Shown here: in pieces, positions 1 through 8,972 of the stretch | How positions within the stretch are numbered: position 1 is the stretch's first letter | Layout of the letters: each line of letters opens with the position of its first letter | Assembly: GCA_905480105.1 (NCBI GenBank) | Contig: CAJQPC010000113.1 | Location: 26,705-90,704, forward strand | DNA: 64,000 bases | From: an uncultured bacterium | GTDB taxonomy: Bacteria; Myxococcota_A; UBA796; CAJQPC01 | Direction of reading: 5' to 3' | Notes under the pieces: model-generated | The model's input: the letters and a program-made list of their open reading frames with translations, nothing else | The model's database searches: none | What the model was told of the DNA's origin: nothing | Program-made: the position numbers and the translations under genes

Positions 1-2
1 GC

Positions 3-794
3 TTGGCCAACGCCCAAGCGCGCCACGCCGTTGAGACCGGTCTGAAAGGCCCTGGGCTGGAGACGTGGGCAACCGCCTCATGGCTTCGGGAGAGCAACAA
101 CGTGGTCGTGCTGCTGGTCGAGGACTTGGCCCAGCTCTCCCAGGCCCTGGTTGCCCAGTGTTCGGTGATCTCAGTCCCCGAGAGTTCCTTGCCAGCGCCA
201 GTAGCAGCCGTCTCTGAGCCCACAGCGGATGACGCAATGGCAGAAGTCGAGGCCGCCTTGTCTGCTGCAGGTTCGGACAGCCCGGACCCTCTCTCTTTGA
301 GCAGGGGTTCCTCGGAGCCGCTCGCCGATGATCGGCCCATCGAGCCGCTAAAGAACGTAGAGGAGCAGCCGGCACGCGTGATGGACGCCGAGCCATCCGG
401 TGTCGCACCGGCCATCGCTGAGCCCGCGAGGCCCACGCCAAGCATTGACGGCGCCCTACGCCGGGCCATTCTGCGGTCGCCCAAGGGGCCTTGGCCGCAC
501 TGCCTCCCTGGCCGCGAGGCTCTGGCGGAGGTGCTCCAACAACGGGCCCCGCAGCACTTCGGAGCGCTCAGCTTCGAAGTGGTTGACGACCAGGTGCGCT
601 GCTCTGGTCTTGGCGCCGAGCAGTTTGAGACCTGGTACCGCGGAGACATTGCCGTAGACGCGGCTATCGGCATGGCGCTGGGAGCACTAGAGCCGCCTGC
701 CGCAGGTTTTTCGGAGGAGACCCTGCCAGTGCTCGCCTCGCCCGCGATACGCGCTCTCAACCGGCGCATCGACAAGTATCTGAACAGCCTCTAA
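3..794 (+). CDS. hypothetical protein, 5' end outside window
   Basis: ORF is open to the window edge with no start seen. Ala/Pro/Glu-rich, no motif I can name. Ends ...RRIDKYLNSL*. Confidence 0.5.
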   Translation: MANAQARHAVETGLKGPGLETWATASWLRESNNVVVLLVEDLAQLSQALVAQCSVISVPESSLPAPVAAVSEPTADDAMAEVEAALSAAGSDSPDPLSLSRGSSEPLADDRPIEPLKNVEEQPARVMDAEPSGVAPAIAEPARPTPSIDGALRRAILRSPKGPWPHCLPGREALAEVLQQRAPQHFGALSFEVVDDQVRCSGLGAEQFETWYRGDIAVDAAIGMALGALEPPAAGFSEETLPVLASPAIRALNRRIDKYLNSL

Positions 795-835
795 GGCCTG
801 AGCGGCGCCCAGCCCTGAGCTGTGGCGGTTTAGGC

Positions 836-1786
836 CTAAACCTTGTGGTAGTCCCGGTACCAGTCGACAAAGCGCTGCACGCCCTCTTTCAGTCCAACGG
901 AGGGACGGTGGCCTGTGGCCAGCAGCAGGGCTTGTGCATCTGCCCGAGTGGCCGGTGCATCCCCGGGCTGCATTGTGAGCATCTCTAAGTCCGCTTTGCG
1001 GCCCAGGGAACTCTCCAGCGTCGCGATGAGCTCCATTAGGCCTACGGGCTGGTTGCCGCCGACGTTGTAGACCTGGACCCCGTTGGGGTGGCCGAGCACG
1101 GCCAAGATGGCCTCTACGACGTCTGAGACGTAGCTAAAGTCCCGCTGCATTTGCCCATGACCGAACACGGGAAGGGGCTCTCCAGCCAGGATCTTCCGCG
1201 TAAACTTGTACAAGGCCATGTCCGGGCGTCCCCAAGGGCCGTAGACTGTGAACAGGCGCAGGCCGGTGCATGCAAATCCGTTCAGGGTGCCGTAGGCATG
1301 GGCCATCAGCTCGTTGCTGCGCTTGGTAGCGGCGTACAGGTTCAGGGGGGCATCGGCGCGGGCATCTTCGCGAAAGGGCAGCGGGTCTGCGCCGTACACC
1401 GAGCTGGAGCTGGCGTAGACCAAGTGCTGGATGCCGGCGGTCTTGGAGGCTTCCAGCACTGAGAAAAAGCCCACCAGGTTGTCCCGGACGAAGGCTTCGG
1501 GGTCCTGAAGGGAGTGGCGGATTCCGGCTTGGGCGGCCAGGTGCACGACCTGGGCAGGAGCCACGTTCTGGAAGAGCTCTCCCGCGGAGTCCACCACGTC
1601 TGCCTGTACGAATCGCCAACCGGGATGCCGGCTGAGCTGCTTTAAGCGGGCCCGCTTGAGCGCCACAGAGTAGTACGGGTCCAGGTTGTCCACGCCCACG
1701 ACCGAACGGCCCTGAGCAAGCAGGCGCTCGGCCAAGTGGTAGCCGATGAACCCTGCAGCACCGGTGATCAAGACGGGTTTGGACAT
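836..1786 (-). CDS. NAD-dependent epimerase/dehydratase (SDR), UDP-glucuronate 4-epimerase-like
   Basis: Rossmann motif VLITGAAGFIGYHL, LAAQAGIRHS, catalytic YAATK (YxxxK), and the FTVYGPWGRPDMA block typical of this SDR subgroup. The ORF track starts at GTG 1795; I prefer ATG 1786 (MSKPVLITG). Confidence 0.85.
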   Translation of the reverse strand: MSKPVLITGAAGFIGYHLAERLLAQGRSVVGVDNLDPYYSVALKRARLKQLSRHPGWRFVQADVVDSAGELFQNVAPAQVVHLAAQAGIRHSLQDPEAFVRDNLVGFFSVLEASKTAGIQHLVYASSSSVYGADPLPFREDARADAPLNLYAATKRSNELMAHAYGTLNGFACTGLRLFTVYGPWGRPDMALYKFTRKILAGEPLPVFGHGQMQRDFSYVSDVVEAILAVLGHPNGVQVYNVGGNQPVGLMELIATLESSLGRKADLEMLTMQPGDAPATRADAQALLLATGHRPSVGLKEGVQRFVDWYRDYHKV

Positions 1787-1826
1787 AGCCTGCACCCTAA
1801 CGCAAGCGGCTTCATTAGCGGCGCCA

Positions 1827-2033
1827 TTAGTAGTGCGGGGGGACCTCGTCCTCGAGCTTGTTCGGGGTGTCCGAAGGCCGCTGGGACAGCTGTGCCCGAA
1901 GTTCGCGGTTCTCGTGCCGCAGCAGGTCGATCATGCGGCCCTGCTCTTGGAGCACCTCGTCCAGTTGACGGAGGTTTTCCTCTTGAAAGGCGTAGCGCGT
2001 CTCCAGCTCTTCGATGCGGCGTTCCAGATCCAT
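1827..2033 (-). CDS. slyX: SlyX family protein
   Basis: 68-aa coiled-coil protein with LERRIEELETRYAFQEENLRQL and a C-terminal PPHY, which is the SlyX signature. Confidence 0.75.
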   Translation of the reverse strand: MDLERRIEELETRYAFQEENLRQLDEVLQEQGRMIDLLRHENRELRAQLSQRPSDTPNKLEDEVPPHY

Positions 2034-2246
2034 GCGCAGCTCCTTGTAGGCACGGTGGCCGTGCCCGAGGCACCCTATCTGGTGCAGCCTTGTTGCGGGT
2101 GATTGTGGACGCCTTCCATTGGCGTTGCTCCTGCCGCGGTTTCTGGGGTGGACCTGATGGCCTTTGGTTTCCCTCTCTTTTCTGGAATCTCCTAGGTCAT
2201 GGAAGCGGACATCGCTGAGTCGGCTCTGCGCTTCGGTGCTTCTGAC

Positions 2247-2275
2247 AACCCTGTGAACAGACTACTCACAGGGTT
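2247..2275 (-). terminator. 10-bp perfect hairpin straddling the thioredoxin gene stop codon
   Basis: AACCCTGTGA (2247-2256) and TCACAGGGTT (2266-2275) are exact reverse complements around a 9-nt loop. There is no U-tract on the minus-strand transcript. Confidence 0.3.
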
Positions 2276-2793
2276 TCTGGCGTTCGTTTCAAGGTCGCCA
2301 AGCTGGGGGCCATGCTCGCCGGGCTTAGATCGGTCCACTTGTCACCACTCATCCCACCGTCGATGGGATCACCCTGTGCATCCAAGACAAACCAGTGGGG
2401 GATGGCCACAACCTTTACTCCGGCGGCCGAGAGTCCAGGCATGAACTGGTCCACGTCCAGCTCTAAGATGCGCACGCCGTCCAGAGCCTGGATGATTGCT
2501 GGATCACCCTTTTGCATCTTGAAGGCTTTGCAGGGCCCACACCAGCGGGCACCCAAATACGCCACGGGAATCTGGCCATCGGCGTGGGCTTGAGCCGCGT
2601 AGGTCGCTAGCTGTGCGTCCAGCTCGCCGTTGTTCTTGTCCAGGTTCACCCAGTCCACCCCGACCGCGACTGCGTCCGGCTGCGCAGGCGCCGTGGGGAG
2701 TTCGACTGCGGGAACAATGGGCTCAGATTCCAGAGCTTCGGCGCTGGCGTCTGAGAGTCCACTGCAGGCGGTCAACAGCAAAAACAGCGGCAC
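2266..2793 (-). CDS. thioredoxin-fold lipoprotein
   Basis: Lipobox LLLTAC|S and WCGPC active site (GARWCGPCKAF). Last gene of a three-gene minus-strand run. Confidence 0.75.
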   Translation of the reverse strand: MPLFLLLTACSGLSDASAEALESEPIVPAVELPTAPAQPDAVAVGVDWVNLDKNNGELDAQLATYAAQAHADGQIPVAYLGARWCGPCKAFKMQKGDPAIIQALDGVRILELDVDQFMPGLSAAGVKVVAIPHWFVLDAQGDPIDGGMSGDKWTDLSPASMAPSLATLKRTPETL

Positions 2794-2808
2794 GGGTCGT
2801 CTCCTTTG

Positions 2809-3798
2809 TCACTCTGGACGCAACACATAGGGTTGCGTTGCATCTTCCGTTGTAGCCGTCTCAAGAGCCTGGGCCACTGCGTCGTCGGCTTCGGCGGCCA
2901 GTGCTGCAAACCTTGGCTCGTCAGGAAGTTCCGGATCCAGATCGATCTTGCGGTCCACGATCAGACCGACCTGGTCCCCGTCCAGGCTCAGGCGGAGCTC
3001 TCCCAAGCGCATGGTCTGGTAGTGAGAGCGGACCCAGATGGCGTCGCCAACCGTGTCTGGCGCAAAAAAACCGCGGTGCATGTCTGCGTCTATGACCACG
3101 TCCAGCGCGGGCACATCGCGCGCGATCTGGGCGGCGACTTGGCTGCAACCATAGGACATCAGAACTTGAACGTCCGTGCTCTGGCTCAACTGGCGGATTG
3201 CAGCTTCGGCTGGCGCGTAGGGGTCCAAGATGCGGTGTCCGGGTACGGGCTGAACGCCAAAGCGCGTGATGGCGACCACACCGACCCGCACCTGATCTCT
3301 CTCCAAGACCTGGGTGCTGATCAGCCCCTCAGTGTTGGTGGACATGGCCCAGTCGGGCAGTACCTCCAGGTCTAGGACCCCGGGCAGATCGCTGTAGCCT
3401 ACGTTGGCTGCGTCCACGCCCATTGTCTCAAAGGCCCTGGCCACGTAGGCGTTAGCCACCGGTGCCTGGGGGGAAGGAGAGCCATTCGGGGAGACGGGGT
3501 TCATCAGCCAGTCTCCACCCATCAGCACCAAGTCACGCTGTGTGGGGTGTGCCTCTCTCGAGGCTTGAATGTAGCTGGCCATGCGTGCCAGAGATCCCCT
3601 GGGTCGGTCCGGACACCCACAAGGGCCCAAAGAACCGCCGATCTCTCCACCATAGAACAGCACCAGATCCGCATCGGGGGCCTGAGCCCGCTCCAATGGG
3701 GTTCCGCGAATCACCAACTCCCCAGCTCCCATCTGCATGGACGCAGGACTCTGCTGCTGCACTCTGGGGGCGCAAGCCAGCAGCCAGAGCAAGCCCAT
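2809..3798 (-). CDS. lipoprotein, 5'-nucleotidase/metallophosphoesterase-like (degenerate), contains GPCGC motif
   Basis: Lipobox LWLLAC. The block LVLFYGGEIGGSLGPCGCPDRPRGSLARMASYI resembles the xEPCGC...GGLARRA N-terminus of deltaproteobacterial UshA-like proteins, but the DxH/GNHE metal motifs are not visible. Family call is weak. Confidence 0.4.
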   Translation of the reverse strand: MGLLWLLACAPRVQQQSPASMQMGAGELVIRGTPLERAQAPDADLVLFYGGEIGGSLGPCGCPDRPRGSLARMASYIQASREAHPTQRDLVLMGGDWLMNPVSPNGSPSPQAPVANAYVARAFETMGVDAANVGYSDLPGVLDLEVLPDWAMSTNTEGLISTQVLERDQVRVGVVAITRFGVQPVPGHRILDPYAPAEAAIRQLSQSTDVQVLMSYGCSQVAAQIARDVPALDVVIDADMHRGFFAPDTVGDAIWVRSHYQTMRLGELRLSLDGDQVGLIVDRKIDLDPELPDEPRFAALAAEADDAVAQALETATTEDATQPYVLRPE

Positions 3799-3800
3799 GG

Positions 3801-4892
3801 CTATTCCAACACGCAGCTGTTGGCGGCGCAGGAAAAGTTGGTGCTGCTGCTGCCCGTGTAGGAAGTGCCGCCCTTGCCTTCGCTACCGGTGCTGTCGTGG
3901 GCGAAAATGTCCTGGGGCGCGTTGCTCTCGAAGGTGCAGTCCGTGCCGTTCACCGTCGCGTTTACGTAGACGAAGAGCCCACCGCCCAGGGGAGAGGTGT
4001 TGCCAGCGAATGTTACGCGGGTCAGCTCTGCGCTGCCAAACACCAGGAGCCCGCCGCCATAGGCAGCGCCCGAGTTGCTGTTGCCAGAGAAGGTGGAGTC
4101 CGTCAGTGCGACGGTGCTCTCGTACACCCACATGCCTGCTGCAAAGCTGGTGGCCACGTTGTCGGCGACGGTCAGTCGCGTTCCGGTCAGGGTGCTGTTG
4201 AACAGGGCCACTCCGCCACCGTCCAGGGAGGTGTTCCCGCTGATTTCCACGTCGCTGAAGTTGGCCGTGCTGTTCCAGAGTGTGACCGCCCCGCCGTCGT
4301 CCTCGGAGAGGTTGTTCGAGAACAGGCTGTCGCTCACGTCCAAGGTGCATTCTCGTGCGTAAAGAGCTGAGCCGTCGTTAGCGAAATGATTGGTGAACGC
4401 TACGTTATTCACGTTGACGATCCCTTGTTGAGCGCAGTAGAGCCCGCCACCGCCGGAGTTGTGGTCGGGATCGAATCCCGCGCCCCTATCCAGAGTCATG
4501 TTGCTCAGGTTCACTGTCACGTCCGGTCCGGACACATCCAGAATGGTGCCCTGCTCGCCTCCAGACAGAATCGTCTCCCCGCGATCTGTGCCTAATCCTA
4601 CGAAGTCCACGTTCGCGCGGATCAGCACCCGGGCGAACCACTCGCCTGGACAGACCTGGACCGTGCCGGGTTGGGCCAGGGTGAAGTACTGGCCGCTCTT
4701 AAAAAAGTCGGTCAAGTCTTGTGACTGACCAGCCTCCGATTCGAAGGTAACCTTTGGTTCAGCGCATGCGTCAGGCGCTCCAGTGTCTGTGTCCTGGGTG
4801 TCCTGGGTGTCCTCCACTTCGGTGGAGGAGTCCTGGGAGTCCCCTGTCTCAGGGTCGGTGCAGGCAAATAGCAGGGGGAGTAGGAACAGCAT
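3801..4892 (-). CDS. lipoprotein with polymorphic-membrane-protein (Pmp)-type right-handed beta-helix repeats
   Basis: Repeated GGG(L/V/A) ... FxxN units (GGGLYCAQ..VAFTNHFA, DGGAVTLW..FSDVEISGN, GGGVALFNS, YGGGLLVF..FAGNTS, GGGLFVY). I chose start MLFLLPLLFAC (ATG 4892) over the ORF-track start 4976 because it gives a lipobox. There is a 2-nt gap to the next gene. Confidence 0.6.
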   Translation of the reverse strand: MLFLLPLLFACTDPETGDSQDSSTEVEDTQDTQDTDTGAPDACAEPKVTFESEAGQSQDLTDFFKSGQYFTLAQPGTVQVCPGEWFARVLIRANVDFVGLGTDRGETILSGGEQGTILDVSGPDVTVNLSNMTLDRGAGFDPDHNSGGGGLYCAQQGIVNVNNVAFTNHFANDGSALYARECTLDVSDSLFSNNLSEDDGGAVTLWNSTANFSDVEISGNTSLDGGGVALFNSTLTGTRLTVADNVATSFAAGMWVYESTVALTDSTFSGNSNSGAAYGGGLLVFGSAELTRVTFAGNTSPLGGGLFVYVNATVNGTDCTFESNAPQDIFAHDSTGSEGKGGTSYTGSSSTNFSCAANSCVLE

Positions 4893-5006
4893 CTTGAATG
4901 ATCTCGGAATCAGGTTCAGGGCCGAAGTGTAGCGCTTTGTGTTTGGGGGTCTTGTGCTTTTGCGCCTTGTGGACAAGACTAAAGGGAGATTTGACGGGAG
5001 CGCAGC

Positions 5007-6557
5007 GTGATCTGGACCCTAATTTTGGGCTGTATTGAGACCGAACTGGACACAGGGGAGACCCAAGTTCCAGAAGATCGCGTTTTTGCCTATGTGATCA
5101 CAGCGGACCAGCTGACTTTTGGTGATCAACCTGTGGATGAGCGTGTGGAGCGCGAGCTGCGCATCCAGAACACGGGCAACCTTCCTGTGTTGTTCATCGA
5201 CATGGAGTACACGCAAGGAATTGGCTTGGAGGCAGGCCCAGCCCCGGGCCCAATCATCCAGCCGGGCAACACCATGGCGATTCCAGTGACTTGGGTTCCC
5301 ACCGCCACGGGTGATTTAATCGGCGAAGTCACGCTCAAGCTTGCTGAGGATCCGACGGTCCCAGAGACCATCCTGGTGCCAGCAACCTTGTCCAGCCAGG
5401 GGCCCGAACTCTCGCTTAGCTCTGAAAGCTACGACTTTGGCGAGATTCCTGTCGGCTGTAGCTCGGAGTTCTCCCTGACCCTCAGCAACACTGGCAACAC
5501 GGAGCTAATCGTGGACACGATCTCCCTGTTTGGTGGCAGCTCGTATGTGATGGAAGACCATCCCGATCCCTTGCCCTGGGCCATCGCTCCGTTCAATTCT
5601 CAAGAAGTGACGGTGCGGTACTCGCCGCAAGCCAACAGCACGGAGACCAGTTCGCTCTCCTTTGACAGCAATGACGGTCAGCACGTCATCAGCATCGCTG
5701 GTTTTGGCCAAGTGGACGGTGCCAACACGCTGACTTGGGTCGTCGGCGAACGGTCGCGCTCCACCTTCGTTTTCCACGCCAACGAATGTGTCATCGCCGG
5801 CAACTATGGAACCTATTCTCAGCAGCTCGAGGACAGCCTGCCGACGTTTTATCAGGCGCTGCTGGACAACGCGAGCCCCTTCCGTGTGGCTTTCATCTGG
5901 AACCGGGATGGCATGGGCACAGGCAACGTCTCGTACATCGACGAGTCATACACCGCCGCCCAGGCCACTGCTGAGACCTTGGAGATGATCACGGCAGGCG
6001 CCAATGCGGGGGACAACGACGCTTCCTACGACACCTTGCTCGCTGCGCTTCGCGAAAACGGGGACTGGCTCTTCGAGGACGACGACTGGAAGGACTCCAA
6101 GCTCAACCTGGTTGCCCTGAACCGAGATCAAGAGCAGAGCGCAACGGCCGGCACCGTCGGTGTCAGTACCGCCCAGAGCTACAAGGACGACCCCGACAAC
6201 GTCATATTCCACGCCATCGCCGGTCCACCACCCAGCGGTTGTGGAACGGCCGAGTCCTTCGCAGGCTTTAAGACCGCGGTCGACGCAACGGGCGGCACCT
6301 TCTCCAGCATCTGTGAGCCCAACTGGGACAGCAGCATGGAGAAGCTGGTAGCAGGCTCTGTTGCGGGCGCGGAGTACTTCGCCTTGAACGGCACCGTGCT
6401 GACCTCCTCGATCACCGTCAAGGTGGACCAAGTCAAGATCACCAGCGGCTGGAGCTTCAACAGCTCTCTGAATGCGGTGGTCTTTGACCAGGACGTCTAC
6501 CCGGGAAGGGGCAGCGAGGTGGAGATCTACTACCTCAAGTCGGATGCTTGCGGCTGA
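5007..6557 (+). CDS. secreted/lipoprotein with ASH (choice-of-anchor-D-like) beta-sandwich domains
   Basis: GTG start 6 nt after GGGAG. Very short MIWTLILGC lipobox-like leader. Repeats of the type FGDQPVDERVERELRIQNTGNLPVLF and FGEIPVGCSSEFSLTLSNTGNTELIVDTISL. The C-terminal half is unassigned. Confidence 0.55.
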   Translation: MIWTLILGCIETELDTGETQVPEDRVFAYVITADQLTFGDQPVDERVERELRIQNTGNLPVLFIDMEYTQGIGLEAGPAPGPIIQPGNTMAIPVTWVPTATGDLIGEVTLKLAEDPTVPETILVPATLSSQGPELSLSSESYDFGEIPVGCSSEFSLTLSNTGNTELIVDTISLFGGSSYVMEDHPDPLPWAIAPFNSQEVTVRYSPQANSTETSSLSFDSNDGQHVISIAGFGQVDGANTLTWVVGERSRSTFVFHANECVIAGNYGTYSQQLEDSLPTFYQALLDNASPFRVAFIWNRDGMGTGNVSYIDESYTAAQATAETLEMITAGANAGDNDASYDTLLAALRENGDWLFEDDDWKDSKLNLVALNRDQEQSATAGTVGVSTAQSYKDDPDNVIFHAIAGPPPSGCGTAESFAGFKTAVDATGGTFSSICEPNWDSSMEKLVAGSVAGAEYFALNGTVLTSSITVKVDQVKITSGWSFNSSLNAVVFDQDVYPGRGSEVEIYYLKSDACG

Positions 6558-6714
6558 AGGGAGTGCGTCCTGTCGCTGCTCCTGACCTCTTTAGTCTGCC
6601 TGATCAAGGTTAGCCCTCAGTTTTGGAATGGTTCTGAGGCCTTGGCAAGGTTCTCAGGCGTTGGCCTGCGGAAACGCCTTTAGGGGTTTACGCAACTCCT
6701 TTTGACTTGCTCCA

Positions 6715-7665
6715 TCACTCGCAGATCTGCAGTTCCTTGTTGCAGGTCAGTCCCTCTGGACACTCCTCGTCCGTGAAGCAGGGGGTAAAGCCGTCTACGT
6801 CCACGGCCATGAGCACAGGCGAGAGGACCCTAAAGGCCATACAGCCGGGGTCCAGATCTACCGAGTCTGTGGTGTGTCGCTCCAGAGCCCCGGAAGGAAA
6901 GCCGGTCACGCCTGCCTCCACTAGAGTCTTGGTTAGGGCGCCACTGACCGTGGCTGCGCCATCGTCTTCGAAGGTGCAGTACAGCGAGGCCGGACTGGCA
7001 CCGTGCACGTCCATGTTGATGCGCAGGTCGATCGAGCTCCGTACGACCTGGGTCGTAGGGGGATCCCAGGTGATCTCCAAGGGCTCTCCCTGGGTGATAA
7101 ACCACTCCTCCGCATCCAAGCTCAGGGGTTCCACGGCCACCCCATACAGTACCTGTGGGCCATAGGCGCCGCCGCCCGTGTTCAGGGTCACCAAGTCTCC
7201 AGCCGTGTACATGGGGTAGGGCAGGGAGGTGTCGTAGTAGGTGTTGCCTATGACAGGCTCCATAGACACCGCTTGGACCAGCCCCTTCACGGTGACCGTA
7301 CCCAGGTCCTGATTGCTGGGCTCCGGCACGCACTGGCCGTCAAAGTCGCAGGTCGTGCCCACATCACAGCTCGGCGAGCAAAAGGGCAGGTTGCGGCGTA
7401 GCAGTTTGCAGTCGCCCTCCGATGCAATCTCCTCCAGCTCCGACCAGGGCCAGATGCTGTCGGAGACTTTGCCGTCGACCCCGTTGCTGTTTGCGTTTGT
7501 AGACGCCTGTACTGAGAACCCGCCCCAGGCTTGGTCCAAAGGGCAGGCCCCGGCCAGAACCACCGTCGCCGGGTCTGGTGCTTCTTCTGTGTTGGTGTCC
7601 ACGGGAAGGGAGTCTGCGTCAGTTCCTTTGTTGCATGCGAGGGTGAGCAGCAGGGAAATCAGCAT
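6715..7665 (-). CDS. hypothetical Cys-rich lipoprotein
   Basis: Lipobox LLLTLAC at the internal ATG 7665, with GGAG 7 nt upstream. ATG 7686 is also possible. Acidic linker; ends in a Cys-rich tail CFTDEECPEGLTCNKELQICE. Confidence 0.5.
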   Translation of the reverse strand: MLISLLLTLACNKGTDADSLPVDTNTEEAPDPATVVLAGACPLDQAWGGFSVQASTNANSNGVDGKVSDSIWPWSELEEIASEGDCKLLRRNLPFCSPSCDVGTTCDFDGQCVPEPSNQDLGTVTVKGLVQAVSMEPVIGNTYYDTSLPYPMYTAGDLVTLNTGGGAYGPQVLYGVAVEPLSLDAEEWFITQGEPLEITWDPPTTQVVRSSIDLRINMDVHGASPASLYCTFEDDGAATVSGALTKTLVEAGVTGFPSGALERHTTDSVDLDPGCMAFRVLSPVLMAVDVDGFTPCFTDEECPEGLTCNKELQICE

Positions 7666-8018
7666 TGGGGACTCCGAGGAGGTCATTCTAGCCCTGTTGG
7701 CTTTTGATTGCATGCCTGCGTGCACCTTAGCTTGGCTGCTCGTGGGCGCCCCCCACCCAAGCCATGCCACAGTCAGCGCTCGCTTTCGCGGTGCGTGCCA
7801 TGCACAGGGATTGGCTCGCGCCCGTGGATTCCCGCTCTCCTTGCCCCCAGTCCCTTCGGGCTGCGTTGCTCAACCCTCGACGGGCAAGGCGCAGGCTCTA
7901 CCGGAGACCCATCTGTGCGATGAACGGGGACAGGTGGGCGGTTGATTGAGTGCCATTGGGCCTATATTCCGGACATTGGCACGCTAAAGCCTGCTATCCT
8001 GCTCATTGGAGCCTACCC

Positions 8019-8972
8019 ATGTCCTTCCTGCTGATCTTCGCCTGTTCGGGCCCTGGAAACAACACCGTTGAACCGGAGCCAGAACCCGTCGTGGAACCGG
8101 GATCAGAGCCCACTCCCTACGTGGTGGTCGACGAGGCTTCGGAGGCGGACCCACTCACGCCAGATGTTCTGGCTGCAGGCATCACCGAATCGATCCGTGC
8201 TCTGCTCCACGTGGATCCCTTTCCTTTTCACGAAAAGTACGAGGGCTTGCGGGAGGGAATGGACGATGGCTACTGCCCCTACTACTACCCAGATTATTAC
8301 GAAGATTACGGGCAGTACTACTGGATTGACAGCTGCTCCAGTGACTCGGGGGGTAGCTTCGCGGGCAACGGGCGCTCTTACCTGAAGGCACCGTATGTCA
8401 ACGGGGAGTACGAGTATCAGTACGTGGGCTACTTCTACGGCTCGGCGCGAATCGAAGGCGCAGACGGCGAGGTAATGTCCGCGGCTGGCTACAGCAATGC
8501 ACAAGAGTACCTGCACTCTGGCAATGGCTACACCTACTATTACCATGACATGTGGGGAGAGTTCTCGGCGGAGAACCTGGAACTTGAGGACACATGGCTG
8601 ACCACGAACTGGCGGTTGGACCACACACTCAGCGCGAACATCTCCCCAACAGGGGGGAAGTACATGTATTTAAACAGCGCATTGTCAAACATGGAAGGCC
8701 CCATCAACGCAGCGGTTCTGGAAGGGGTGATGGTCTACGACGAGCTGCGCGGCTCTCCCTGCCCCCAGGAGCCCAGCGGTCTGTTCTCTCTGCGAGATTC
8801 CGATGGTCGTTGGTATGAGATTGAGTTCGACGGCCTGCCCAGCGGCGGCACGGCGATGTACCCGCCGGACTGCGATGGATGTGGGGAGGCGTGGCTGGAT
8901 GGTGTGTCGGTGGGCAAGGTTTGCCCCGACTTCTCTGCGTTGCTGGATTGGGAGGGACGGCCATGGAAATGA
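8019..8972 (+). CDS. hypothetical Tyr-rich lipoprotein
   Basis: Internal start MSFLLIFAC|SG with GGAG upstream. Acidic linker, then Tyr-rich blocks (CPYYYPDYYEDYGQYYW, YEYQYVGYFYG, YTYYYHDMW). Overlaps the next gene by 10 nt. Confidence 0.5.
   Translation: MSFLLIFACSGPGNNTVEPEPEPVVEPGSEPTPYVVVDEASEADPLTPDVLAAGITESIRALLHVDPFPFHEKYEGLREGMDDGYCPYYYPDYYEDYGQYYWIDSCSSDSGGSFAGNGRSYLKAPYVNGEYEYQYVGYFYGSARIEGADGEVMSAAGYSNAQEYLHSGNGYTYYYHDMWGEFSAENLELEDTWLTTNWRLDHTLSANISPTGGKYMYLNSALSNMEGPINAAVLEGVMVYDELRGSPCPQEPSGLFSLRDSDGRWYEIEFDGLPSGGTAMYPPDCDGCGEAWLDGVSVGKVCPDFSALLDWEGRPWK

Noticed and set aside
1134-1619. Long antisense or off-frame ORFs across the window. Examples: 1134-1619, 3462-4370, 12334-12792, 15694-16356, 24052-24774, 25667-26326, 28534-29466, 30077-31024, 38130-39071, 47187-48350, 49518-50282, 50609-51319, 57352-58056.
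   Set aside because: They are Arg/Pro/Gly/Ala-dominated shadow frames typical of GC-rich DNA. They have no motifs, and each overlaps a gene on the other strand or frame that does carry clear family motifs.
2256-2275. Shared 9-mer ACCCTGTGA at the ends of two unrelated genes (2266 and 43412), both within stop-codon hairpins.
   Set aside because: Both simply encode ...TL*. One chance recurrence of a 9-mer in 128 kb of two-strand sequence is expected.
7977-7992. Sigma-54-like element TGGCACGCTAAAGC about 40 nt upstream of the Tyr-rich lipoprotein start.
   Set aside because: The GG-to-GC spacing is one nucleotide off the canonical TGGCAC-N5-TTGC and the -12 TTGC is missing. This is not enough to call a promoter.
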